Shown piece by piece: positions 41,661 to 54,800 of a DNA stretch of 64,000 bases. The DNA is from Balanoglossus misakiensis. Lineage: Eukaryota > Animalia > Hemichordata. Every line of letters starts with the position of its first letter. The first letter of the stretch is position 1. The stretch is from assembly GCA_040954595.2 (NCBI GenBank), contig CM082581.2:3650699-3714698 (forward strand), written 5' to 3'. A model generated the notes under the pieces. That model did not search any database and was not told the DNA's origin. It was given only the letters and a program-made list of their open reading frames with translations. The position numbers and the translations under genes are program-made.

Positions 41661-44600
41661 ATGTCAGATAGTATTATTGTCACGGGTATACCTCGAAGTG
41701 AGGGGGACAAAATTCAAAGTATGAAGAATCAAATCACAATTTACTTTCAAAAGAAATCCAATGGAGGTGGTGACGTCAGTATGGTGGTTTTTCCAATGTC
41801 AACGATGAGGCAGGACGCAGCAGTTGTCTTTTTCAGTGACAGCTCAGGTAATTATCTGCTATCAAGCAAGTGTGGAAGCACCAGTTTACCAACGTTTCGC
41901 CTAAACGCCTGCGCTGTATAATGGAAGTGACCGCGAGATGAACTTTAAAAATAGTGGTGTAACTGTTACAGTGTATATCATTGCAAACAATGTATCGCAC
42001 TGTATGAGTCGTTATTGATCTCACATTATTAAACCATGGACGTCCATGATTAAACTAATGGTAAGTCTTTTTTCTATTGATGATTCAAACAGTGTTGGAA
42101 ACGGTGTTGAAAAGACCACATGTTCTATTTAACGCTGATGTGAAAGTGCAACGGAAACTAGAGGTAAGATATTATGCCATAGTCAGCTCTGCTAAATTCT
42201 TCCATCTCCTGGAACACATTCAGCTGTTGTTTTCTGGACCAATATACTTGAAACACATGAAGACAATTCAATAGACAAGTTAGCAGGAAAAGTTGGTAAC
42301 TTTGATTATATTTGCAACAAGCGGAACAAATTGAAGCATAACTCCAAAAAACCAATGGTGCAACATATTTTCAGTATTATCTAGAAGAAAGCTACTCTCT
42401 TTCCATCTGCCTCTCTCTCTCTCTCTCTTGCTCCCTCTCCTCCCTCCCTCCCTCCCCCTGTCTCTCTCCTACTTTCTTCATAGTTAGATGTCAATTTTGG
42501 CATCTATAATCAATACTGTAATTACATTATCCTTCTTGTATATACAAAAGAAACTGATGTGTCACTTTCTTAAATCTTTATATTATTCCTGTTTCTTTTT
42601 TCAGCCATTCAGCAATGTGCAAGCAACAGTATCCCAGGATACCCTTGCCTCTATTGATGATCATGAGAAATTCTTTGAGAAGCTGTCTGCAGAAACTGGT
42701 GTCAGAACTTGTATCGGCAAAGACATTATCATTTATGGGGGGTATTATCAGATTCAGAATGCACACAGGTTCTTTGAAGATTTTCTAGAAAAAGAATTGC
42801 ATGTAAGTGGTAAGAGATATATTAGCTGCTCAGAAGCTCTGACCGGTAATATTTCTAAGGTTTCTGAGCGAGGACAAAAAGCACCACATCAACTCACTTC
42901 AGCACATCTCAAATTACCACCCAAGGATGAATTTGCACCGCACAGCCAAGGTGTTGGAAATGGCTTAGATGGACAGAAACCATCACAGCAACTCACTTTG
43001 GATCATCTTAAAAGACCACCCACAGATAAAACTGTCCCTCATGAGCCAGGTACAAGAGATGGAGTGAAAAAGGACACCTGGAATACAAGTCAATTAAGCA
43101 GGTCACAGACCCCGAAAGAGACGCCAAGAATAGCCAGCCTAAAAAGTGCAAAGAAAGAAGAGAGTGGATCAGTGAAACTTGGTGGGACATCTGTTGACAG
43201 AGATAAGAGAGCTGGAAGCAAAGATGCCAATCCAGAGACAAGAAAACCAAAGACGGTGACTAGGAAGAAAGGTGACGATGCTATGGGCAGGGATGATGAT
43301 CAGCCTCGGGATAATCCCAAGAGTGGGAACGAAGTCGCAGGGTCAGACTTTCCCCATGAAGAGCTTGAAGACAAAGGCGACATGAGTGAATTGCGTGTCG
43401 ATTCAGATATATATGCATTCATGAAACATGTTCATAGTGAGAAATTTTCCGAAGTCAAGGCCAAATACCAAGTTGAGGTTTCTCAAAAGATAGATGAAGA
43501 CAAGGTGACCTTGTTGAAGATTCTTCCAAAGGATCCTGGTGCATTTACCAAAGGGTCCCTTGAAAAGGCGTGTTCTGATATCACCCAGTTATACCAAGAC
43601 AGCTTCTTCAGTGTTCATCAGAAGACTGTTGATCTTGATGGTGCTGAGTCAGAGATAACAAAGGCTGGAGGTGAGGTAGTGATGCGACATCCCAAAGTGT
43701 ATGTGAAACTGGAGAAGAAGAAAATGGTGTTTTATGGAAAGGAGAGAGATGTTGAAAATGCAATCTCAACCCTGAGGCGTTTGCTTGGCCTTCCCGAGCC
43801 GAAGCAGGATGACGAAGTATTGGCAGAAATTCGGGTACCCCCAAAACCGACCTCTGTGGGGAGACGTCACGGAAGACACAAACCAGGCAACCAGAAACCT
43901 GATGTTTCAATGAGCCACCAGTCTGGAAACATTGAGGAAAGTCAAGACGACCGCTTTGCAATGACCATCAACGGCATTTCAATACAAGTTTACAGGAGTG
44001 ATATTACAAATGAAAATGCAGATGTAATTGTCAACGCGGCCAATGAAGACCTTGATCATATCGGTGGATTAGCTGCAGCCATTGCAAAAGCTGCTGGTTA
44101 TAGGCTGCAGAGTGAGTGTCATAATATCATTTCAATGCAGGGAGGTCCAATCCGTGTGGGGGATATAGTAACGTCCAATGCATATGACCTACGCTGTAAA
44201 CACATTATACATGCAGTTGGTCCAAAGTGGTATAGATATCGTGATAAAGGAGAGTGTATCGGTGTGCTGAAGGAAACTTTTTCAAAGTGCTTAAAATGTG
44301 CAGACAGAGACCTTGAAGTTCCATCCATTGCCATTCCTGCAGTGAGTTCTGGTATCTTCGGTGTACCGAAACCAGTCTGCGCAGATGCACTGTTTGGCGC
44401 GGTGATGGAGTTCTGTATATAGTGACCTGCAGGCGTCCAGTGGAGTGTTGAAGGAAATTCGCCTGGTCAACATAGACTGGGAGAGCACAGCAGCCATCTG
44501 CAAGAAATTCCAGGAGTTTCAACCGAGCAGAGCTGGCTATCCAGATGAAGGTGACACAAGATGGGCTCATTCCCAAGCTGCATCAAGAGGCAGTGCAAGG

Positions 44601-44696
44601 TGGGGATCTGCAGCCAGCAGTTGGCGTGATGAAGGAAAGTGGAAAGGAGAATTGGGAGATTATTTCACAGATGATGATGAAGATGAGTCTCTTTAG
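41661..44696 (+). CDS. RBM43-like RRM/KH protein with C-terminal MacroD-type macrodomain (PARP9/PARP14-related, no ART domain); +1 frameshift at ~44417-44422
   Basis: Exons 41661-41847, 42093-42163 and 42605-44422(TAG) are phase-compatible. The N-terminus IIVTGIP..ITIYFQKKSNGGGDV..AAVVFF..VLKRPHVL..EPFSNVQATV resembles the RBM43/NMI-type RRM. KH-like segments: IIIYGGYYQIQNA and MVFYGKERDVENA. Macrodomain: SDIT..ADVIVNAANEDLDHIGGLAAAI..IIHAVGP..IAIPAVSSGIFG. The macrodomain end LKEIRLVNID continues in the +1 frame to the stop at 44696. Confidence 0.8.
42410..42470. repeat. (CT)n/(CCCT)n polypyrimidine tract
   Basis: Directly visible in intron 2 of the macrodomain gene. Confidence 0.85.
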
Positions 44697-47369
44697 AGAA
44701 CTCATCTCTCGAAACAGCGACACTTAGGTGTATTCCACATCCAAATGTTCCTCATTGGGAAAAATTGCTTTACAAATGCATGCACTCAGAACATTTGTAA
44801 GGATCTGCATGATATCAATTGTACCCCCGGTATTTTACTACATACAGTTGTATTTCCTTATCCTCATTGCATGGAAAAATAGAGACTGTTAATTATTTTC
44901 AAAAATTATTCAATATCTAATACCAGAGTCAAGCTAGAAAAAATCTTGCACCCTTTAAAGCAATTTCATGGCATGAGGATGGTGTGTGCATATCAAAATA
45001 GTTTTGAGCAATTCCAACCTGTATTTAGAGCAAAAGAAAGGGTGATTTATAATGCCACTCTAAATTAATGGTGTCATGATTTTGTCAAAATTAAACAAAT
45101 GACAATTTCAGTCTCATTCATGATCAGTTATACCCGGGTAAACACAATCAAAATAATTGTTTTCAACATATGATACATTTTCATAATGTTATTATCATCA
45201 AAATCTTTAAGTGTTAATATTATCTTCATATATAGAATGTTAAAACAGACTGACATTTTGTTTACCGGTAATAATGTAGAAATCTCTTAAACAGGGACTT
45301 TGATCAGACTGGATTTGAAGTGTTGCACATTTCAAACAAAAATAAATCATTCTTTAGCGAACTATACTGTTCTGTAAACATTCTGAATGTATTTGAATGC
45401 AGTTTTATTATATTCAACCTATTTTATAATTGTTAAGTATACAGTAGTTGTTGATTATGAAAAACATAGCATGCATTCTAGAACTTTGACTACAAATAAT
45501 GGTTGTATGTATGGTTTTACATTTGTAGATAATATTCCTCCAGTTTGTGAAATTTGATGTTTTTATTGTATTGTTGGGAAACTTGTACCTGTATTCTAAA
45601 TAAAGTCAAGTCTGAAAACTAACTATGTCAACCGTTTGGTGCGTTCTGTGCCACTCATTAGCTTCAGCATTGGTGACTGCACCCTTTATACGTGAGCAAC
45701 AAATTATGTGTTGCCTCATCCCATTTCCTTGCATAGAGGTCCAACTTGAGCATAGAAAACAATGGGACTTGGGCAAAACCAATGTGGTTAAAGGGTTAAA
45801 GGCCTGCTATTGGTACCACTGACCTTTGTAAAACCTACATTGTTACATCGAGTGGAGACAAAGATACACTTGAAACTTATTTATTGTATCCCTTTATCAG
45901 TGTCTGCATTCATTGGGTCAAATTTTTGTGTTGCAGAGGGGACTTAAATAATCAGCTTGTGCACAATGATAATATTCATTATGTCTCAAACATCAATGTC
46001 ATACTTGACCAATTAGTGATCAATGCATGTACATGTATGTCATTTGTATCCAAAACAAATAGCATTTCTTTGTGATACCAGTCTAAATTTCAGTGTCACA
46101 ACTTTGAATGTCATTGTCCATAGGTGTTGGCTTTTACATTTTATTTTTCATGGTTTTTGTATTTCTGTATGGAAGTGTGCCCACAGTGAAGTTTGTAATG
46201 CATATAGTCACCCTAGCCAACTTAATGATTTCTTTTTTTTCACCACATACCGGTAACTCATATTTGCTCCTCTGACCTATCAAAGAAATTAATGCAAGCA
46301 TGCTCCAAGGGTATCTTTACATAACAAGACAGGCAGACAGACAGATCCTGAGCTCGAAGTCCCCATTATGGGTTCCATTGGCAACATTACACCTATTTGT
46401 AATCGTTATATTTAATTATACAGGTAAATTCTGGGATTATACCTGAGGTCAACAAGAATTCTGAGGTCCGGGTTCTGAGGTTCTGAAACTTCAGAGGGCT
46501 CTGAGGGGCTCTGAGTCAGAGGGCTCTGAAAAGTCAGCTCTACCGAGCATGGAGGGATCGGGAGTCGTCTAACGATGGCGCCCTCTATAAACCTACAAAT
46601 AAATCTCGCGAGAATGTGCGTGACGGACCAGAAACGTTGAATTTGATCACTGTCTGTGTCTGTCGTCTGCATCTGGCATGTTCAATGTACTACGCATCCC
46701 CCAATTGGGTAACATTTCGGACGCGTCAATGAAAGAACCAATCAGCGCTCGTGTCATATAACCACCTCCAAGTTGTAAAAGTGTGGCGTAGATTTTATCA
46801 TACTGCCGTCATTATCTTTCAATGATCTCGATTCTTTACTATCAATCACGTGATCTGGCAATGTGTCCCATGGCGCAGTCATTTCCAGATGACGGGCAAG
46901 CAATATTTCGGCATCCAGTAAAAGTTTTTCCGAGTATGTTTTTACTTTAGAACCGCCAAACACATAACATGTATCGGATATGTTGCCTCATCAGCCTCAT
47001 TGCATTTCGTCTGCACAGTCTTTGTCTGCACCACGTTGCTGAAGTTGCCCGTCATCTGGAAATTTGAATGCGAACGTAACTGCCACCTGAACGCGTCTGA
47101 CGTCATTTGATAGCAAAGAATATATAACTGTAAATTGCAATCTAATTGTGCATTCACTGTGATACTGACATGCAATTAAATCTCTACAGACACAATTCCG
47201 TAAATTTACCTTTACATCTATCTTGCATACAGTCCTTTTTCTGGCGCGCTCTTCCGAAATGTTTTATCGTCCACCTTAAAAGGTCAACGAACTTTACCCT
47301 GTTTCATACCAAAGTCCCCTGCTGACCTGGGACACTAGATAAACCAGTCAATGATCGAAAGGTGTTGAT

Positions 47370-47600
47370 GAATGGAGGGGGTGGGTGAAAATTTTGTAAA
47401 ATAAACTTTGATAAAGGGTGCGAAACTGCATTTTTGTGGACTCAAAATAAATATTTAGTCGTCAAAGTTTTCAAGTCCCCCCCTTTCAGTCCCTAAATTA
47501 TTTCAAATCCCCCCTTACATACCCTCAATTTTTTTCAAATTCCCCCCCCTCAATTCTCCTGCCCCCCCCCTCTCCACAGGTGTTTGTGAATGCAGCCTTA
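47370..47600. mobile_element. Partial Harbinger-type MITE with poly-C runs
   Basis: Repeated CCCCCC runs ending gtgtttgtgaatgcagcc|tta. The left TIR was not identified. Confidence 0.35.
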
Positions 47601-48046
47601 GGGATACCTCTCCGCTCGCTTTCGCTTGAAGGTGATGGAGAACGACATTGAGGGCTGATTATCCACGGGTAATCGCATGCAGACTCAGACATAGTCTAGG
47701 AATAGTGGAGGTGATTAATTGCGTCATTGTTTAAAACTGTTACCCGATGGCAGAGAAATTAAAGTTGGGGTATAGCTTCGCACTTGCGGACCGACACAAA
47801 AGAGTTTTAAATCCGCCCTCTAGAGGTGATTATGAATCAGATTAACATCGCATAACACCTACAGCAAGCAAGTAACACAACGAATGGTTTTGGTGAGTTT
47901 TTGTTGTGAAACAATGAATAAAAGTTTGAGTCTAAGTCCCTTCTACTTCTGAATGTCTAAAATTTCTCTCTATAAGCGGCGGTATTAACCGACCACTGTC
48001 AGTACTGGGCTGAGATATCAACGTACAACAGGAACTCCGTGAGAAT

Positions 48047-51000
48047 ATGGACTCTGTAGATGTATCATCTTCTGTTGAAAATGCAGTCACGGACAAGGTA
48101 TATAGTCAAACCTGTCTGTAATGGCCAGTCAAGGGACTTTCCTAAACTGGCCTTTATAGACAGGAGGACTTTATAGACAGGTCAATATATATATACATGT
48201 TAATTACACAGGGACTGTAAAAAGTGGCTACTATATAGAGGTGGCCATCCTTACGCAAGTTTGATTGCACATGTGTAAAAATTTAGTAAAACCCTGCAAA
48301 TACTGGCAGAAATAGCCAATACTCGATCTACAGTAATCTTAAAGATGTACTGATGTTATACTATTGAGAATAGTTGACGACTATTTCTTGTTTTATTCAT
48401 ATTCTGACCAATTTCATATTCCGATATGCTACCCTAATACTGTACTGTTCATGTCAACTTATCAAGTTTTTTTGGGGGGCGTGTCTATTGACACGCGCGT
48501 GTCAATAGCCAGTGCGTGTCGGGCCGGCTATCGACACGCGCGTGTCAATAGCCAGTGCGTAGGGGGCCGGCTATTGACACGCGGGGACTTTAATATTCTC
48601 AAATTATTGCCGATTTTTGAAAACCAAAGCACATTTCACATAGTCCATTAAATGATTCGTCTTTTCTTCCCCGAAAATCAGATGAAACGAAGTGCAAAAT
48701 TCCGAAAGTCAAAGTGTATGTCATAGTTCTTCTACCCGTTCTACGCGTGTACGCCTGCCGATTCTAAGCTTATCTCCTGACCGTGACACGGGGATTTTCC
48801 CTCCATTTTACTGCCGACTTTTATAATTTTTTTTTAAGAGTGCGTGTGTCAACATCAAGAAGACAAGTTTTCGAAAGTTTGCAAAAATTATATTGCCTTT
48901 CCTTGGAGCAGCTGTCGCAATTGGTTGTATCGCTGCCGTTGTCACGACGACAACAACAACAGCAGCCGGGAAGTCGAACTTTAAATCACCTGGTAAATAT
49001 AGTTGCAGATTACTACTTAGACTGAATGATCCGTACAAAGTTCTTGTATTTTGTATGCAACTCCAGTCCAATCATAGTCGGACACTCTTGTTTTACATAT
49101 GCTTGCATCTTGGCCCAACAAAAGACAAGACAACACAACCAGGGAGTCCTGAATACGTGCTTGATAAGCTTGGTGTCAAAACTGTAGGCCTACTTTTTGT
49201 AAAAGTTTACACCAATCGCGATTAAAGTGTGTTTGCGGTGTGGTGAGATGACTGCTGCGCTAGTGCGCCGCGCCGCTGGTCAGCAGTGGAGCTTGCTGGT
49301 TGCTAGGCAACGTCGCGGGCGCGCCCTTGAGGACGGCGTGTCGTTCAATTCAGTCCTCAACGAACCATCAAAACAACATACATACCCGTATAAATGGAGG
49401 TTGTTTCCCGTAAATCTTAACAGTACGTGAGGTGAGCATTTGCCTATCGGCCCTAGCAGTTTTTGAAGCTGGGCTGCAAGCGTCTAAGAGTTAAGACTAA
49501 TATTTGCTGCGAGTTCGTGTATGGTGTTCCCAACAGACAGTGAAGAGGTGATAGGGCAACGAACTCCAGCAAGACTGAAGTCTGACCCCAAAACCACCCA
49601 TTGATTTCAATTTACAGACTGAAACGAGTAGATCACGCTGTATGGGGGATTTTAGAAGGATTGTCGAACGCCCATTCAGCGTGAAATCCAATTTTATTAT
49701 TTTATTATGATTTTACTAGCGTTTTCTGACATTTTATCGTGAGCTTTTTTCTCATTTGCATACAGTCCGTGGTTAGTTACAGTGTATCTAACTTTGAGGC
49801 AAAGGTTAGACAAACCTAGCTAGACAAACCTGTTCTTTTGGAACTCATTTTCTGAGCATTAATTTATGATTTGTTCATCCTACTCGGTTCTGTAAATGTC
49901 CCCTTTGACCATACGAATGAAAATTGATAGTCTTGTTGTTCATTTTTCAGATATACCGGTAGATGAATGGATTTGTAGATCAAATCCCTGTCAGGGCAAC
50001 TCCATTTGCATAGATGTTGCCAATTCCTACATATGTGAATGCAGTCCAGGATATGGAGGCGTCAACTGTGAATGTGGTAAGTACTGTAAAAGCATAAATG
50101 TTTCACAGGGTTTTATGAAAACCTATAGTCTTACAAATTAACGCAACATTCTGGATAAAATGTGCATTTGATCATAAGTTCATAAAGTAATGGTTTGTCT
50201 TTAATCTCCACAGATGTGGATGAGTGTCTGTCAAATCCTTGTGAACACAACTCAACTTGCCTGGATAACATTAATGCATATACGTGTTTGTGTCGCCTTG
50301 GATACGAAGGCTCTAAATGTGAAACTGGTAAGTGACCATTATAGACTTTCTGTAAATTGTTGCTTAGGGAAAAAACTCAGACCCAGGAACATTATTCTGT
50401 CAAATTTATGACACTGAATATGTACATTATCTCTCAGTACATTTGAAAATATTTTATACATCGTTATTGATTCTGGTGCTTTATAGATGTTTTGATTGAT
50501 TGATTGATTGATTGATTCTGTTTCTTCCTTGATATAAATGCCACAAAGTTGTTATTTTTGTTTAAATACACATTTTAAGATAAATACCAAAGTAATATTT
50601 TATTTTTAATCTGACCACAGATGTAGATGAGTGTCAGTCAAATCCTTGTGAACACAACTCAACTTGCCTGGATAACATCAATGCATATACGTGTTTGTGC
50701 TGCCCTGGATACGGAGGTTCCAACTGTGAAAATGGTGAGTGACAAACGTTCTGTAAATTGTTGATTAGGAAAAGAGCTCGTAAGCTTTGCTTGCGTTCTG
50801 CCATTTGCTTTATTGTTACCATAAAAAAACATGGTAACTGTTCACTGGTGATTTGCCTTTTTAAAGCCTCAGTATTTCTCGTAGGGGCAAAATTTTGTTT
50901 GAAATGGCATCTATAATTTCTAAAAGTAGATGATAATTGATACTGAATCGAACAGTCATCATCCCCAGCTCTGCTCATAAACTCATACAATTTACAATAT

Positions 51001-51802
51001 AACGAGTGAAGAATGACTTTCTGTCCGGACAGAAAGTCAGGCTTTGTTGACACACGTGACTAGTGCGCATGCGCACTCAAATGTGAATCTACACGGAAGA
51101 GGTTCAGTCGCCCCAAATCTAACGACTCAGCAAAGAAATGCGCACTAATTCAGCGAAATTTTGGGAAGATAACTTTATGGGAGAAATCAGTCGATGGAAC
51201 CAGATCAAATCCGAAAATGGTCTGACCATCAAATGTCAAAGTGGCACGTTTGCTGATCGACATGTACAACATTTCCGTTGTAAACAAACCCGCGCATCAT
51301 TTCAAGTGTTACGGGCAATATTTACAGCTTGCACGTAGCTACAGTTGCCCAAACCTTTCTTCTATCTTCATTATGTAGTATTCCATGATGAATGTACGGG
51401 AAAAACGGGCATTTTTCGATGATGAAAAATGGATACACACGAGAAATACTGGGGCTTTAAGACAAAGTAGTCACTATATATGGACAGCTCTGTAACTTTT
51501 TCAGTATTTTTTGTGTGTGTGTCTACTGCAGTTTCTTGTTCAACTCCCTGAAGCATGATGAAATGCCAAGCATCTAGCTTATTAACACAACCTATAGTCA
51601 GCATTGTTATTGTGAATTCAAGTCCGGACTAGAATTCATTGTCAACAATAACAATGACTGTTACACACATACAGGCTATGTTGACAAGTGGAGTATTGGG
51701 TACTGCATACTGCATTTGGTACACAGATCAATAATACTAAAAATAAAGCCAAAAATTACTTCTATTATCCATTTCACTATGATGATGATGATGATGATGA
51801 TA

Positions 51803-51852
<50 letters not shown>

Positions 51853-54800
51853 GTGGTTTAAAGAATTATTGAACACTTAAAGGTATTGAACACTTGATAG
51901 GCAGTGTAGGAGGAATAGGTTGTGCCGATAATATTTTTATTGAAAATCTGCAAGGAGCCATTACTTGGCAGGGGTTCATAGACTATGGTGTATGTACGAC
52001 ACCCCAGTATATACAAGAAGTGCATGTGCAGACAGTTTAAGAATGATACAATGTTATGTAGCAAAGTTTGGAATGTAGGTTGAATCGGATTTCAACTTTG
52101 AGTGAGTGGATCCCCTTAGCTGCTGCGCTGAGCATCGGCTCAGTTGTCACGGAAACTCCGGCAGAAATGGCATCTCAGGGGTCAGTTTTTGAGTCCAAAA
52201 TATTGAAACCAATATTTTGATGTCTTTGCGGATAAAATATAAAGCTAGATCATGTAACCTGAAGTTTTAGGTTTTTTAATAGAAAATTTTCCATTACCCA
52301 TACCTAATTTCACTTTCCAGATAATTATATGACAACAGTTGATTTGCATCCTGTACATCCAGTATTGATCATCTTTTCAAACTCCTTGAGAATCTGTAAA
52401 TGGCTTCTCTTCCTTCAATCTATCTTCTGATTTTCTTGTGAAACTGCAAAAATCGATCGTCTTGAGATTCAATTTTTATTTGACCTAATCAAGTAAATGA
52501 CAACACCACATCAGAGAAATGGGAATGGTTAAGATGTGAACTCACCCATGACATTCCTTTGTTCTTGTATTTCCCAGATATAGATGAATGTCTCTCACTT
52601 CCTTGTCAACACAACTCGGAATGTGCTGATTCTCTCAATGGATATACGTGCAACTGCAGTCTTGGATATGTAGGCACCAACTGTGAAATTGGTATGTTCC
52701 CATTAAAGCTCAATTAGGTGTAACTTTTCACCATGCTTTCAGTACAGTAAAACCTGTCTAAACCGAACCCTGTCTAATCTGGAAACCTGTCTATACTGAA
52801 CACATTTTCCTTCCCCTTTGACATAGAAGCACATGTTAAAAGAACTTGTATAAACCAGACACCTCTGCAAACCGACCAATTTCTTCAGTTCCTTAGGTGT
52901 TTGGTTTAGACAGGTTTTACTATACATGTACATGTACATGTATTTTTCTTTTGTATTATACAGAGGCATAGCACTCAGATACATCTTTGAATACAGGTGT
53001 AATTTTTGTCTTCTTTGTAAAATCTTAGACATCGATGAATGCCAGCTGCAGCTATCAAATCCTTGTCAACACGACTCAACTTGTGTTGATGATGTCAATG
53101 GTTATACTTGTCAGTGCCAGCCTGGATATGAAGGAAGTCATTGCGAAACTGGTAAGAACATTATGTACTTGAATGTGAGGTGTCAGTATTTTGTCCGAGT
53201 GAATGCATACTTTGCAGCATTTTTTGTAATAACCTTTTTATTATTATACATCTTACATCTCTGTTAGTATTGCATTGCATATTACTTTGTTTTAAAAACG
53301 TCAGTATGATTGATCGTAACTGCTCAGCTGAAACACAGTACACAGTGAGCAGACATCTTTCTTTTTTTTTGATTGCGTTGGAGTGGGGGCCGTTGTCTTG
53401 AAACCGTCCACAGTGTTATAATTGTTGAGAATTTTGAATGTTTCATCCAATAGTTAATATGACGGTGTGAATTCATAATATTGCATTCTGCTTGATTTCC
53501 CCAGATATAAACGAATGTCTGTCGTTTCCATGTCAACACAACTCAGATTGTGCCGATAATATCAATGGATATACCTGTGACTGCTCACCTGGATATGAAG
53601 GCCCTAACTGTGAAATGGGTATGTCCACTAGGCATCTTTTTAACAGCGGGTTGTTAAATTGGCTGCTTATAAACTGAAAAGACCTTTTTAAAGGGCCACG
53701 ATCATCTTATACACATGTGACAAACCAGAGGCTCTGGTTACAAAATCTGTATACAGTCAATATGCCATAAGTCAGTGTGCTGTCCTAACAACAAACAAGA
53801 TGACGACTATAGTCTGTGTCAGAGATCGGGAAAAGACAGCAAATTGGGTGAAAAGGAGGGACAAAACTAAAGTCTACTTATATGGTGCGTATGAAATATC
53901 CAAGCAAGCAAAGGCAGTCCATTATTTGAATGCGTCGAGGGCAAAATTTGCAGGACCTTTGGATTGGACGTAATGTTTGTACACACAAAATTAAGCACAT
54001 ACACATAAGACGATTAAAAATGTTTCTTGTTGATTCTTGTCTTACAGATATAAATGAGTGTGAAGATTATGGATTGCACGATTGCACTCAAGTGTGCATT
54101 AATACCGATGGATCCTTTGAATGTGAATGCCATTCGCTGTCCCACCAGTACCAAGATCGGTGTTACACAAAAGATGACACCGTAAGTACCTATGATGATG
54201 CATTATATGCGTGCCGAGCAAGGGATCCTAGGTCATCAGATCTGGTGATAATGGAGACATTGGAGGAATATTATTACGTACGAGACAATGTTGCTGATTA
54301 TGATCGATGGATTGGCCTTACTGACAAACAGGCAAGTTTCTGATTAGGTTAATTAAGGCTAGCCAGATGATGCAGTGTGTGGTTATCAAATTCCACGGCC
54401 TAATACACGCTCAAATAACAAATGGGCCATCCAAAGCAGAAAGGGGTCTTATGGGAGCGCGATACTTATGACCATAAGACCCCTTTCTGCTTGGGGTGGC
54501 CAATATTGTGTAGAGAAGGTCCTCTGACTCCAAAACAGAGATGTAGAAGACACTTACCTCCACCAAAGACAGTTCTAGTTTCCTTCACAGTTTGTGTAAG
54601 TACACACAATGCATCATGGAGGGATCTCTCTGCTTCATCTAAGATCTGTCGGGTTGCACCTCTAAGAACAATTGTACAGGCCTCACCGAGGGCAACACCA
54701 GTTTTATCTTCTTCTTTTTTTGAAATTTTCACAAAAGATGCCATAAGAAAGAGCTGTTCAAATATTTTCACCATAAGAAAACTATAGCGTAGGGAGTGTT

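Noticed and set aside
41661-44696. Calling the divergent gene DTX3L or PARP9 because of its head-to-head position
   Set aside because: No RING/Deltex C-terminal domain, second macrodomain or ART domain was seen; the ORF ends in a short acidic tail.
44730-47640. Short ORFs and ctctga micro-repeats between the two gene clusters
   Set aside because: No coherent exon chain, domain motif or paired termini could be supported.
51676-51876. Poly-isoleucine ORF
   Set aside because: Translation of the (GAT)n microsatellite.
54359-54501. Helitron 3' end (hairpin + CTAG) as carrier of the CCT2 fragment
   Set aside because: The hairpin is longer and farther from CTAG (~60 bp) than typical and no 5' TC end was identified, so the mechanism is left open.
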